Shown one piece after another: positions 10,887-20,863 of a stretch of DNA of 52,786 nucleotides. This DNA is from Ilumatobacteraceae bacterium (GTDB lineage: Bacteria; Actinomycetota; Acidimicrobiia; Acidimicrobiales; Ilumatobacteraceae). The stretch covers positions 1 to 52,786 of the forward strand of contig JAFMEI010000001.1 in NCBI GenBank assembly GCA_017856815.1, written 5' to 3'. The notes under the pieces were generated by a model, which saw only the letters and a list, made by a program, of their open reading frames with translations, was not told where the DNA came from and ran no database searches. Both the position numbers and the translations under genes were made by a program. Position 1 is the stretch's first letter; each line of letters opens with the position of its first letter.

Positions 10887-12110
10887 TCAGGACACCCGCA
10901 TATTTCGTGCAACCTGTAGCAACAAACCAATCGCTGTCATTGAGACCAGCAACGAGCTTCCGCCATAGGAAATCAATGGCAGTGTGAGGCCTGTCACGGG
11001 GATCAAACCAGATACCCCACCGATATTGATGATCGCTTGAATCACGAACCAGAAAGTGATGCCACCAGCAAGAAGTGCGCTGAAGTGGTCACGAGCGCTG
11101 ATCGCAGCTTGGAAGCCGAAGAATGCAAGAGCAAGGAATCCACCAAGGATTACAACCACACCGGCCAAACCGAGTTCCTCAGCGATGATCGCAAAGATGA
11201 AGTCGCTGTGTGCGAGTGGAACATAGCCCCACTTGCCCGTGCCTTGACCAATGCCTGCCCCAGTAACCCCGCCATTCGAGATTGAGAGGATTGACTGGTA
11301 CACCTGATAGGCGTAATGACCCTTGTTGTCTTCAAGATTTAAAAACGCGGTGAACCGCATCCGGCGTCGATCATCGGTCATTGCCAAAGCCACACCAGCG
11401 AGCCCAGACATAAATGCGACGCCAGCAATATTGCGTGCGCGAATACCAGCCATCATCATCACGCCGATCATGATTGCCGCAAACACGATCGCGGTTCCGA
11501 GGTCTTTTTGGATGAAGCTTAGAAATGAAGCAAAGCCCATGATTGCCAGGCAGGGAATCATCGTTCGCTTGATGTCATGAATTTCTTTTTGGCGACGCTG
11601 AAGGATGTCTGCACAGTAAAGCAGTACCGCAAGTTTCAGAATCTCTGATGGCTGGATGGTGAAAGCCCCAAAACCGATCCATGCCCTCGCACCGTTGACG
11701 GAAATACCCATCGGTGAGAACGGAGCCAGCATGAGAATGTACGAAACAAGGAGCAGTGGACCAACAAATTTGCGCCACGCTGTGTACGGCGTGCGGTAGG
11801 CGACCACTCCACAGGCCAAGCCAAAGACCGCCCAGATGCACTGACGTCCAAAGAGTCTCCACGGAGAGTCACCTGCGTGCAGTGACGTCACCGAAGAAGC
11901 AGAAAGAACCATCACCAGCCCAAGCATTACGAGGACTCCCGCAGCTATGAGGATCGCATAAAAGGCCATACTCGGAGCGTTGGTCGCAAGGTTGCGCTGC
12001 TTGATGAGCCCAACTTTGTCAAGCATCTCACGACGTCGATCGGCCACTGTGCGGTACGGTGCCGCCGGGCGGTAAATCTCACCTGTGACATCAAAGATTG
12101 GTGTGCTCAC
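10887..12110 (-). CDS. ftsW: SEDS peptidoglycan glycosyltransferase FtsW
   Basis: NGARAWI, QPSEILK, HSDFIFAIIAEELG, GLTLPLISYGGSS. Confidence 0.96.
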   Translation of the reverse strand: MSTPIFDVTGEIYRPAAPYRTVADRRREMLDKVGLIKQRNLATNAPSMAFYAILIAAGVLVMLGLVMVLSASSVTSLHAGDSPWRLFGRQCIWAVFGLACGVVAYRTPYTAWRKFVGPLLLVSYILMLAPFSPMGISVNGARAWIGFGAFTIQPSEILKLAVLLYCADILQRRQKEIHDIKRTMIPCLAIMGFASFLSFIQKDLGTAIVFAAIMIGVMMMAGIRARNIAGVAFMSGLAGVALAMTDDRRRMRFTAFLNLEDNKGHYAYQVYQSILSISNGGVTGAGIGQGTGKWGYVPLAHSDFIFAIIAEELGLAGVVVILGGFLALAFFGFQAAISARDHFSALLAGGITFWFVIQAIINIGGVSGLIPVTGLTLPLISYGGSSLLVSMTAIGLLLQVARNMRVS

Positions 12111-13459
12111 TTTTGGTTCTCCTTGCTTTGCTGACTCAGAACTTCACGCACGCAACGAACAAAGTCATCACCGCGCTCGCTGTAATTGCGATACCAGTCA
12201 AAACTTGTGCATGCTGGCGAAAGAAGAACTGTGTCGCCATTGCTTGCTAATTCCCGAGCTGTGCGAACTGCATCAATCATCGAGTGAGCTGGATGCACTT
12301 CCCGGACGCCTTTGAATACCGCAGTGAGTGCCTCGATGCCTTCCCCGGTGGCCACAACTGCTTTGATGTGGTCCGCTTCATGCACAAGCTCACCAAGGTC
12401 GAGATCCTTGTTGCGTCCCCCCGCGATCAACACAACCGAAGCAAACGAGCGGATGGCAGCCCTCGCCGCATGAGGTGATGTTGCTTTTGAATCGTCATAC
12501 CAGGTCACACCATTGTCGTCGGCGATGAACTCAATCCTGTGGTGCGGCGGCGTGAAGTTCCGCAGCGCACGTTCGGCATCGGCGATACTCGCCTGTCCAG
12601 ATTCAATTGCTAATGCACACGCCGCTAACGAATCATCGATGTCGTGAGGAAGTGCCCGCCACATTTCTGCGACACTCACGATTGTTTCACCGCGCGCCAT
12701 CAACGCTCCAGATCCAACCGAATACTCCCCACCCAAACCGAATCCAACTTTTCTTCCCAACACACCGGCTGCGAAGTTCGCGATCTCGGGTGTGTTTGCT
12801 GGGTAGACCACCACGTCACTTGCCAGATTGTTGCGCCAGATCTGCTCTTTGGCGGCACGATACGAGGAGAGCGAATCGTGCCAGTCAAGATGGTCCGGCG
12901 AAAAATTCAGCCAAGTCGCTGCCGTGGCACGGAACTTCTTGATCGTGGCCAGTCGAAAACTTGAACACTCCACCACGAAAACATCAACATCGTCGCGGTC
13001 GATTGCTTCCACCAACGGAATGTCGGTATTGCCTGCTTCAACAACCGTCTTTCCGGATTCGCGAACGATCTGCGCGGTGAGTGCAACAGTTGTGGTCTTG
13101 CCATCAGTTCCGGTGATTGCGATCATCGGTCGCGCGCCACCTTCACGCGCACTCTCCCACTCATAGGCAAGATCGAGTTCGCTCACGCAGTTTTTTCCTT
13201 GCCGCGCAGCCTGAATGCGTACTGGGTGCGACTCGCGTAGTCCTGGAGCTGGCACAACAAAATCGCACTCCGCCACAAGAGCACCGATGCGCTCTACCGA
13301 TGGCGCGAACTCAACGTCAATACCAAGACTCTCCGCGGTTGATCGGTTTTCTGTAGTTTCGCGATCGTCCAGGCAGATGGGCGCGTATCCGCGTTTTAAC
13401 AACGCACGAATCACACTTGAACCAGTAATCGCAAGCCCGTAAACCAAAACCTTCGACAT
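12107..13459 (-). CDS. murD: UDP-MurNAc-L-Ala--D-glutamate ligase
   Basis: ITGTDGKTT, ECSSF, PDHLDWH, DDSKAT, LSPACTSFD; TGATG coupling to mraY. Confidence 0.96.
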   Translation of the reverse strand: MSKVLVYGLAITGSSVIRALLKRGYAPICLDDRETTENRSTAESLGIDVEFAPSVERIGALVAECDFVVPAPGLRESHPVRIQAARQGKNCVSELDLAYEWESAREGGARPMIAITGTDGKTTTVALTAQIVRESGKTVVEAGNTDIPLVEAIDRDDVDVFVVECSSFRLATIKKFRATAATWLNFSPDHLDWHDSLSSYRAAKEQIWRNNLASDVVVYPANTPEIANFAAGVLGRKVGFGLGGEYSVGSGALMARGETIVSVAEMWRALPHDIDDSLAACALAIESGQASIADAERALRNFTPPHHRIEFIADDNGVTWYDDSKATSPHAARAAIRSFASVVLIAGGRNKDLDLGELVHEADHIKAVVATGEGIEALTAVFKGVREVHPAHSMIDAVRTARELASNGDTVLLSPACTSFDWYRNYSERGDDFVRCVREVLSQQSKENQK

Positions 13460-14505
13460 CAACGCACCTGATTTGTGAAGTCACCGATAAACAATGCGAG
13501 TGCCGTTGCAACACAGATTCCTTGGATGATCCAGAAACGGATAATCACGGTTGTCTCTGGCCATCCAGAAAGCTCAAAGTGATGATGGACAGGCGACATC
13601 TTGAATAGTCGACGCTTACGCCCCGAAGCCTTGAACACACCCATCTGAATTGCAACCGAGCCCGCTTCGATCACGTTGATACCGCAGATCAATGGCAAAA
13701 GCAGATGCGTATTAGTCGAGACTCCGAGCATGCCGAGTGCTGCGCCAATACCAAGAGCCCCAACATCACCCATGAATACCTTTGCGGGCGCAGCGTTGTA
13801 CCAAAGGAAGCCACCGCACGCTCCCGCAAATGCCGCCGACAACACCGCAAGGTCGAGCGGATTAACAAGGTTATATAGATCGGGATTTCTAAATGCCCAA
13901 TAAGAGATAACTGTGAATGCCAGGAATCCAAAGACACCAGAGCCAGCGGCAAGACCATCGAGGCCGTCGGTCACGTTCACTGCATTGGCGGTACTCCAAA
14001 CCATGATCGCGGTCCAGATCACCCACACCCACCACGGCAGTTCCCAACCAGGTGAATCGGCTCGCGTGAATGAAAGCGTACGACTAACTCCGGTGGACAT
14101 GGTCAGCCATGTGAGACAAATAACAGCCAAGCCGAGCGTTATATAGCCCTTCTTTTTCCAGAGAATGCCGCGGTTGTGAGACTTCACAACCTTCATGTAG
14201 TCATCAAGAAAACCCATCACTGCCATGACGAGAATCGTCACCCAGATGATCATCGCCTGATCCGAGAATGCGATTCCGTCCCGGAGCACGTGTGCTGCGA
14301 GCCACCCAATCAGAGCCGCAATGATGATTGCGATGCCACCCATGGTCGGTGTCCCCTGCTTGGACATATGGTGCTCGGGGCCGAGATCTTCCTTGCCAAG
14401 AATTGGCTGACCTTTGCCCTTGTTGCGGAAAAAGGTGATTACACCCTTGGTTCCCAACAACGAAAGCACCATCGCAGTGGCCCCAGCAATGAAAACTGCG
14501 ATCAT
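13459..14505 (-). CDS. mraY: Phospho-MurNAc-pentapeptide transferase
   Basis: KQGTPTMGG, GFLDDY, NAVNVTDGLDGL, FMGDVG, PVHHHFE. Confidence 0.97.
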   Translation of the reverse strand: MIAVFIAGATAMVLSLLGTKGVITFFRNKGKGQPILGKEDLGPEHHMSKQGTPTMGGIAIIIAALIGWLAAHVLRDGIAFSDQAMIIWVTILVMAVMGFLDDYMKVVKSHNRGILWKKKGYITLGLAVICLTWLTMSTGVSRTLSFTRADSPGWELPWWVWVIWTAIMVWSTANAVNVTDGLDGLAAGSGVFGFLAFTVISYWAFRNPDLYNLVNPLDLAVLSAAFAGACGGFLWYNAAPAKVFMGDVGALGIGAALGMLGVSTNTHLLLPLICGINVIEAGSVAIQMGVFKASGRKRRLFKMSPVHHHFELSGWPETTVIIRFWIIQGICVATALALFIGDFTNQVR

Positions 14506-15914
14506 TTCCCTGCCGCCAGAATTCTGCGTGCGACTGCGGCATCATCGAAATCGGTGACTCGACCGGCAATTTCCTGTGTTGTCTCGTGGCCCTTACCGGC
14601 GACCACCACCACATCACCGTGCGCAGAGGCGGTAATGGCAGCAGCGATCGCTTCTTCACGATCCAAAATTTGTGCAACTCGAGCAGCACTTTCCTTCGAC
14701 GTGATGCCACTCAAAATCTGATTGATGATTGAAGATGTGTCCTCGCTGCGTGAATTATCCGCGGTCAAAATCACTCGGTCAGCAAGTCGTGATGCGACAG
14801 CACCCATTGGGCCGCGCTTGCTTGCATCTCGGTCACCACCACAGCCAAAAACCACTGTCAATTTTCCATGGCTCCCCATTGAAGTGCGAACCGAAGTAAG
14901 CACCCGCTCGAGGGCATCGGCGGTGTGCGCGTAATCAATGAGCACGACGATGCCCCGGTCGTTAGCAACTGACTCAAGACGACCCCGAACTGGTTGCATT
15001 GATGCGAGTCCTTCAGCAATTGCATCAACCTCAATTCCAAGCTCACGCGCCGCAGTGGCAGCAGCAAGCGCATTCGAAAGGTTGAAATTTCCTCCCATCG
15101 GTATGCGCATTGCGATACCCGACCAGGTGAACCGCACAGACTCTGGCCCAACGATTACATCGGTTGCATCATTTAATCCGAAAGCCACAGCCGAAGACCC
15201 GACCACATCGAGCAATTGTTGACCGTGGACATCATCACGGTTGATTACTGAACGGTCCGTCATCCCCGTCGTAAACAAACGTGCTTTGGCTGCAAAGTAG
15301 GCCTCAACAGTGCCGTGGTAATCGAGGTGATCAATACCGAGATTGGTGAAGATGCCGACTGCAAACCTTGTACCGAGGACACGATCTTGATGAAGCGCAT
15401 GCGACGACACTTCCATCACGTACGCCTGACCACCGTCTTCATGCCAAGACCGCAAGGTGCGCTGAAGATCGGTAGCTTCAGGTGTCGTACGCACTCCGCT
15501 CAATGTCCCGGCTACCTGATTACGCACATTTGCCGCTGAGAGAATCGCCCCAAGCATGTGAGCCGTTGTGGTCTTGCCATTTGTTCCAGTAATTCCCACG
15601 ACCTGCAGTTCGTGTGATGGAAAGCCGTGTACGGCTGAAGCTGAAAGCGCCATACAACGACGAACATCTGCAACTCGAAGTTGCGGTACGTCTAGCGGAA
15701 GCAAGCGATCTACCATCAGAGCAACTGCGCCAGAACCAAGTGCATCAGCTGCAAAATCGTGCCCGTCAACCGAAGCACCACGAACACAGCAGAATAATGA
15801 TTCGGCAGGAATGTTGTTTGTGGTGTGGCTGACATCCAAAATTCGTACGTCTCCACCTGAGTTTGTGGCTTCAAATCCAGCGATACTCGGTAGGTCAACG
15901 ATTGAAATCGGCAT
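14502..15914 (-). CDS. murE: UDP-MurNAc-dipeptide--diaminopimelate ligase
   Basis: GITGTNGKTT, TTPE, MEVSSH, DHLDYH, DYAHT, GCGGDRD, DNSR (DNPR-like), AGKGHE. Confidence 0.96.
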   Translation of the reverse strand: MPISIVDLPSIAGFEATNSGGDVRILDVSHTTNNIPAESLFCCVRGASVDGHDFAADALGSGAVALMVDRLLPLDVPQLRVADVRRCMALSASAVHGFPSHELQVVGITGTNGKTTTAHMLGAILSAANVRNQVAGTLSGVRTTPEATDLQRTLRSWHEDGGQAYVMEVSSHALHQDRVLGTRFAVGIFTNLGIDHLDYHGTVEAYFAAKARLFTTGMTDRSVINRDDVHGQQLLDVVGSSAVAFGLNDATDVIVGPESVRFTWSGIAMRIPMGGNFNLSNALAAATAARELGIEVDAIAEGLASMQPVRGRLESVANDRGIVVLIDYAHTADALERVLTSVRTSMGSHGKLTVVFGCGGDRDASKRGPMGAVASRLADRVILTADNSRSEDTSSIINQILSGITSKESAARVAQILDREEAIAAAITASAHGDVVVVAGKGHETTQEIAGRVTDFDDAAVARRILAAGK

Positions 15915-17836
15915 CAGTGTCCCACAACTTCAACATTTGCTGGGCAGCCATCGTGATTTGTAGTTGGCTGAATCTGCAGTTCACGAATGGCCACCTGAGC
16001 CAGACGTGCGAATGCTGGCGCTGCTGCGGTACCACCGAAACGGTCCTGGGAGCTCGGATCTGGTTCATCAATTGAAACCAAGATCGTTACTTCAGGATTC
16101 TCTGCTGGAAAGAAACCCACAAATGATGCGAAGTATTTACGGCCACCGTCGTTCGTGTTGTAGGTGCCGTTTTGTTGCACCTTGTATCCCGTGCCGGTTT
16201 TGCCCGCAACATTCATTAGTTCAACTTGGGCACGGGTTCCCGTACCTAAACAAACCACATCTTTCATGATTGACAACATCATGCTTGAAGTGCTTGGAGT
16301 GAGCACTCGGTGTGTTTCTGAAGGTGCTGTGTCCTTAACGTTTCCGTCGCCATCAATTGTGGCTTTGACAAGTTTTGGTGCCACGTATTCTCCTCCATTG
16401 GCAATGACGTTGACCGCCGCCACCAACTGCAGTGAGGTTGTTGCGAAACCGTAACCATAAGCGACGGTGAGCTTCTCCGTGCCTCGCCAGTCCTCAACAT
16501 CACGCAATAGACCCGCGCTCTCGTTGGGGAAATTGAGATCAGTCTTTGCTCCAAAACCGAAAGATTTGATGTATGAGTAGAGAGTCTCAGTGGGAATTTC
16601 TTGGCTGATTAGCACTGTTCCAAGGTTCGATGATTGAGTAAGAATCTCGCGAACTGTCATTTGCTGGAGGTCGTGAGGGAAGGCGTCCCGAATCGTGAAG
16701 TCATCGAATCGCTGCCATCCCGGCACCGAGAACACACTCTTGTCAGTCACACGATTTTCGTTGATTGCCGCTGCGACACTGATCACTTTTGCCACAGAGC
16801 CGGGTTCGTATGCTTCAACCGCCGACAAGTTGCCCGGCGAAGTTGTGTAAACACCCGTGTCGAGCCGGCGGATGCTCGAGATCGCATAGATCTCACCAGT
16901 CTTGGAATTCATCACAATTGCGTTTCCGCCACGGGCCTTCAGCTCAGCGACACGCTGGAGCAAAGCTGCATCGGTCTGGAACTGCATTGACCTATTGATT
17001 GTGAGCACGAGATCTTGCCCGGCTTCGGGCTCCCGCTCGATTGACCTTGTGGACGGAATGGAACGCCCGTCACTGTCGCGCTCAATCACTTGTCGGCCAT
17101 CAACACCCGTCAGCACCTCATCAAACTGCGATTCGAGACCCGATATTCCGATGCCATCGGGATCGGTGCGACCAATGATGTTCCGTGCCACTTCTCCAGC
17201 CACGACACGAGTTGGCTCTGAATACGAGTAGATCCCAGCAAGATTGAGTGCCGTAACCGCCTCAGCCATGTCTTCGTTTAGTTGTCTTGCTACGTAGACA
17301 AAGTTGTCATCAGTTGCAGCGAGTTCTTTGGCGAGCGCTTTTTCTTCTTTTGGAGTCAGGCGAAGCACCGACGCAAGTGTTGACGCGGTTGTTATTGGAT
17401 CAACCACATATGTTGGGTCCGCAAAAACAGTCACACTCGGTACAGAAAGTGCAAGTTCGTTACCGTCACGATCGAAAATGACACCACGGTCAGCCTTAAT
17501 TGTGTTGTTGCGCAACCGTTGATCAAGGCTCGCCTGCTGATAATGATCAGCCTTCACAACTTGCAAATAGCCGACTCGCAAGAACACAACAAATAGCAAC
17601 GCAAAACAAACAAAGAACGTCTTTTTCATTCGCTGCTGGGTGAGAAGTTCTCGCCCCGTTTTTGTTGCTCGCGGTGCGGACTGCGTTGTTTTACGGACCG
17701 ATGGGCGCCCCGGTGTTACCGGACGACGCTTACGCTGCGTCGTTGCACGAGGAACGACCCGAGTCGATGTCGGCACTTTCGCATTACGTAATGCACGGGC
17801 CTTGCGATCCGCCATTGAAGAGTTGCGATCGGACAT
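15914..17836 (-). CDS. ftsI: Class B penicillin-binding protein FtsI
   Basis: TM anchor, RGVIFDRDG, EPGSVAK (SxxK), SSN, KTGT. Confidence 0.93.
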   Translation of the reverse strand: MSDRNSSMADRKARALRNAKVPTSTRVVPRATTQRKRRPVTPGRPSVRKTTQSAPRATKTGRELLTQQRMKKTFFVCFALLFVVFLRVGYLQVVKADHYQQASLDQRLRNNTIKADRGVIFDRDGNELALSVPSVTVFADPTYVVDPITTASTLASVLRLTPKEEKALAKELAATDDNFVYVARQLNEDMAEAVTALNLAGIYSYSEPTRVVAGEVARNIIGRTDPDGIGISGLESQFDEVLTGVDGRQVIERDSDGRSIPSTRSIEREPEAGQDLVLTINRSMQFQTDAALLQRVAELKARGGNAIVMNSKTGEIYAISSIRRLDTGVYTTSPGNLSAVEAYEPGSVAKVISVAAAINENRVTDKSVFSVPGWQRFDDFTIRDAFPHDLQQMTVREILTQSSNLGTVLISQEIPTETLYSYIKSFGFGAKTDLNFPNESAGLLRDVEDWRGTEKLTVAYGYGFATTSLQLVAAVNVIANGGEYVAPKLVKATIDGDGNVKDTAPSETHRVLTPSTSSMMLSIMKDVVCLGTGTRAQVELMNVAGKTGTGYKVQQNGTYNTNDGGRKYFASFVGFFPAENPEVTILVSIDEPDPSSQDRFGGTAAAPAFARLAQVAIRELQIQPTTNHDGCPANVEVVGH

Positions 17837-18316
17837 TTAACCCCTGCCCTTTAGCGTCATCTTGATGTGGCCAAATTCATCAAGTGTCGATGACGGTGGG
17901 TCCGCAAACCGTGCATCCATGTCACTGATTGCTTCGTCAACAACCGCCACCACCGACTTCTCTACATTGAGGAACTTGATCGCTGGCGCGAGAAGCATCA
18001 TTGATTTCTCGGCAGCGGTGCGTAGAACGTCTGGAGCGTGCAACATTGCACGTTCTTGGCGCAACTCCTCGTAGTGATCACGAGCCATGCTCACGGTCTT
18101 GTTCAATTTGTCGAGCTCCATTTGCCCACTCGCGATGTTTGCCTCGAATGCGACAATTCCAATAAAGGCAAGACACAGCCCACCCACCAGGGCAAGGGCC
18201 CGTCGTGCCGCAATCGCATTGCCAGTGCGAATGAGCGTGAGTTGTGGACGGCGTGATGGCGCTTCAACCTCTTTATCAAGGTGCTGAAGAGGCTCGTTGC
18301 GCAGTGGCATAGCCAT
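17837..18316 (-). CDS. FtsL-like cell division protein
   Basis: One TM helix followed by a coiled coil (LDKLNKTVSMARDHYEELRQE); sits between rsmH and ftsI. Confidence 0.7.
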   Translation of the reverse strand: MAMPLRNEPLQHLDKEVEAPSRRPQLTLIRTGNAIAARRALALVGGLCLAFIGIVAFEANIASGQMELDKLNKTVSMARDHYEELRQERAMLHAPDVLRTAAEKSMMLLAPAIKFLNVEKSVVAVVDEAISDMDARFADPPSSTLDEFGHIKMTLKGRG

Positions 18317-19263
18317 CAGAGGCCCTGCGCCTTCATGAGCTTCTCTGCGGCGCGAAGACGAGCAGATGTTGATCGTGGATTTGCCTTCTGCTCTTGCATT
18401 GATGCCTTGGCGGCGACGCGCACCCGCTTAAGGGTCGGCGTAGCACCACAACCACAGGGCAAACCGACTGGGCAAGTACAACCGCCTGACTCCGCCGCAC
18501 GAAGAACTGATTTCGCAATTCGATCCTCGCCTGAGTGGTAGGAAAGAACAGCAATGCGACCACCAGGGGCGAGTGAATCAACTGCCTGAACCAGAGCAGG
18601 CTCGAGTATCTCCAGCTCTGCATTGACTTCAATACGCAGTGCCTGAAAAGTCCTTTTCGCTGGGTTACCGCCACGGCGCCGTGCCGGTGCTGGAATTGCC
18701 GACGCAACAATCGCTGCAAGTTCAGTTGTCGTTCGCACTGGGCGCGCTGCCACAATCGCACGTGCAATTCGTCCAGCAAAGCGTTCATCTGAGTGCTCGC
18801 GAATGATTCGCTCCAGATCAGCAACTTCGTAGTTGTTAACAACCACGTCAGCAGAGCGCTCGGCCGAAGTATTCATCCGCATATCAAGCGGAGCTTCGGT
18901 GCGATAGCTGAATCCACGCTCAGCCGTGTCGAACTGATGTGACGAGACACCGAGATCAAACAGAACCCCACTGACACTTTCAATGCCTTGGTCGCTCAGT
19001 ACTTGAGCAAGTTGATCAAATCGTGCGCGTACAACTCGTGCTCGGGCACCATAGGTGGCGAGCCGAGCAGAAGCCGCCTTGATCGCATTTTCGTCCTGAT
19101 CGATACCAATAACAGAGAGATTTGGGCACGCATCGAGAATCGCCCGCGTGTGTCCTGCCCCACCAAGAGTCGCATCAACTATCCACCCAGCGGGAACAGT
19201 CTTAAAAAGTTCGATGATCTCATCGAGCATCACCGGCTGATGACTGAATGATTCAGTGGACAT
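18316..19263 (-). CDS. rsmH: 16S rRNA m4C1402 methyltransferase
   Basis: HQPVMLDE, VDATLGGAGH, DLGVSSHQFD..RGFS, FQALRIEVN, YHSGEDR, NPRS.SARLR; start moved to ATG 19263. Confidence 0.96.
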   Translation of the reverse strand: MSTESFSHQPVMLDEIIELFKTVPAGWIVDATLGGAGHTRAILDACPNLSVIGIDQDENAIKAASARLATYGARARVVRARFDQLAQVLSDQGIESVSGVLFDLGVSSHQFDTAERGFSYRTEAPLDMRMNTSAERSADVVVNNYEVADLERIIREHSDERFAGRIARAIVAARPVRTTTELAAIVASAIPAPARRRGGNPAKRTFQALRIEVNAELEILEPALVQAVDSLAPGGRIAVLSYHSGEDRIAKSVLRAAESGGCTCPVGLPCGCGATPTLKRVRVAAKASMQEQKANPRSTSARLRAAEKLMKAQGL

Positions 19264-19307
19264 CGGGCTGGGCGATGCAACCGGCACCGAACGCAGACTC
19301 GAAGACT

Positions 19308-19437
19308 TGGGTCGCTGCACTGCAGCCCCCCGGTTGGCTGATGCCGCCAGGATTTCTCCCCTGAACGCGCGAAACGGAAGCGGGCGGAGTATGGGCTGTC
19401 CGTTTTGCCAACCGAAGGACTGCATTGCAGCGGGCCC
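19308..19437 (-). ncRNA. Candidate structured cis-regulatory RNA between mraZ and rsmH
   Basis: About 25-bp stem on the transcribed strand, GCUGCAaUGCAGUCCUUCGGUUGGC / GCCAACCGGGGGGCUGCAgUGCAGC, with three G-U pairs; same genomic position as the actinobacterial mraW RNA motif. Confidence 0.55.
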
Positions 19438-19513
19438 TCCAGCAATTGGATAGATGCTGATGTGTGTCTTTGGTTTGCTGTGTGTTCGCAGAATCGACAT
19501 TGCTCATACGGCC

Positions 19514-19948
19514 CTATTGCCCACCGTTGATGGCGGTGTCGTTTCCTGCGATCTGTCCGGTGCCTTGAGCGGTCATTCGCTCGTGGCGCGATGGTTCCCA
19601 AATTTCGATGCGATCGAATGATCCGGCAACCACGACTTTTGAATTGAGAGCTAGACCTGCGTATTCACGCATGCGCTCGTCAAGAGTGATGCGACCCTGC
19701 GCATCAATTGCGACTTCAAGAGTGTTGGCAGCGAGTGCGCGTTGGAAACTGCGATCGAGCTCACCACGGCGAACTTTCGCGAGTGTGTCTTCTACGACGC
19801 TTTCAAAGGTTTCAACCGTGAGGACGTCAATGCACTTGTCCTGGCCGAAGGCGACATAACACCGGGGTTCGAGGCGGGGACGGAACGACGCAGGTACAGC
19901 AAGGCGACCCTTGGGGTCGAGCTGCCGCTCGTGCGCTCCGACAAACAC
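19514..19948 (-). CDS. mraZ: dcw cluster transcriptional repressor MraZ
   Basis: Two DxxGR repeats (LDPKGRL, IDAQGRI), G..DRIEIW; GGAGG RBS. Confidence 0.96.
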   Translation of the reverse strand: MFVGAHERQLDPKGRLAVPASFRPRLEPRCYVAFGQDKCIDVLTVETFESVVEDTLAKVRRGELDRSFQRALAANTLEVAIDAQGRITLDERMREYAGLALNSKVVVAGSFDRIEIWEPSRHERMTAQGTGQIAGNDTAINGGQ

Positions 19949-19990
19949 AACTTCCTCCGCTCAAGTGGGCTCCACTCGGGCTTTGGACCG

Positions 19991-20177
19991 CTCCACCGCC
20001 CCCCACTGGTCCCCATTCTTATCCCCATTTACCCCCTATGTCAACCATTTCCCCCCACTTAACTCCACTTTCTGGGATGGCACACCCCAAGAAGTCGGAA
20101 CCGAAACGATAAAGCCCAATAAACACAGGGGTTTCCGGGGCGAAAACCGCTCCTCGGACGGGTGGAGGGAAGTGGGG
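19991..20177 (-). promoter_or_regulatory. mra promoter with MraZ-binding repeats
   Basis: TTGACA at 20044-20039. (G/A)TGG(A/G)G boxes at roughly 10-bp phase (19991, 20001, 20011, 20023, 20053, 20063) plus two inverted copies at 20162 and 20172, resembling known MraZ direct repeats. Confidence 0.75.
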
Positions 20178-20185
20178 CGTCGAAT

Positions 20186-20848
20186 TTAAAGGCGCTGTAA
20201 AAGGTCGCGTAAGGCTGCGAGTAGCTCGTTACGCCCTGCCTGCACTGGCACATGGGACGCAACAAGTCGATCGTGGTCGGCGCCGCTGGCGCCCATCACA
20301 GCCGCAAATCCATCCAGCCGCAATGCGGTGTAAGCACAGCATTGGAATCGGGCGCCATTGCGGTTTCGGCGTTGACTAATCCCCACTACCTTGCCGCCAT
20401 TGCTCATCACTTCGCCTGGCCCCTCACTAACGAAACAAACCTTTTGTCCCAGCGCATCCGTCCTCAGTGCACCTTCAACAACTTGGAGATCGACCAGGCT
20501 CGGATCAACGGCGGTAATCGCATCACGCCACAGCTCCCCAACCCAAAGAGGCGCAACACGGACATCTTCGGTCCAAAGTGAATCACCTCTTGGTATGACT
20601 AGGTCAATCCATACGACATCGCCTGCCGGCAGCCAAACTGCTCCCCCGCCTGAATTTCGGCGCGTGACATCGATACCGAGTTGCGCAGCGAGTTCATTAT
20701 TCGAGTCCGACTCAGGTTGATGTGATCCGAGCACAACAGTGTCGCGAGCAACGTTCAAGATCCATCCAGAGCGCACTGGATTGACGAGCAAGTCGGCTGC
20801 GTGGAAGTCGGCTACCGAACCGTTCCAGTCATGAAAAACCCAAGACAC
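20186..20848 (-). CDS. Single-domain lipoate-protein ligase family protein (BPL/LplA/LipB fold)
   Basis: VVLGSHQ, RRNSGGGAVW, GKVVGISQRR; no LplA C-terminal domain. Confidence 0.82.
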   Translation of the reverse strand: MSWVFHDWNGSVADFHAADLLVNPVRSGWILNVARDTVVLGSHQPESDSNNELAAQLGIDVTRRNSGGGAVWLPAGDVVWIDLVIPRGDSLWTEDVRVAPLWVGELWRDAITAVDPSLVDLQVVEGALRTDALGQKVCFVSEGPGEVMSNGGKVVGISQRRNRNGARFQCCAYTALRLDGFAAVMGASGADHDRLVASHVPVQAGRNELLAALRDLLQRL

Positions 20849-20863
20849 GAATCGACGCGGATC

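Noticed and set aside
19264..19500. 79-aa N-terminal extension of RsmH in the ORF track
   Set aside because: RsmH homology starts at HQPVM, and the region is better explained by RNA structure
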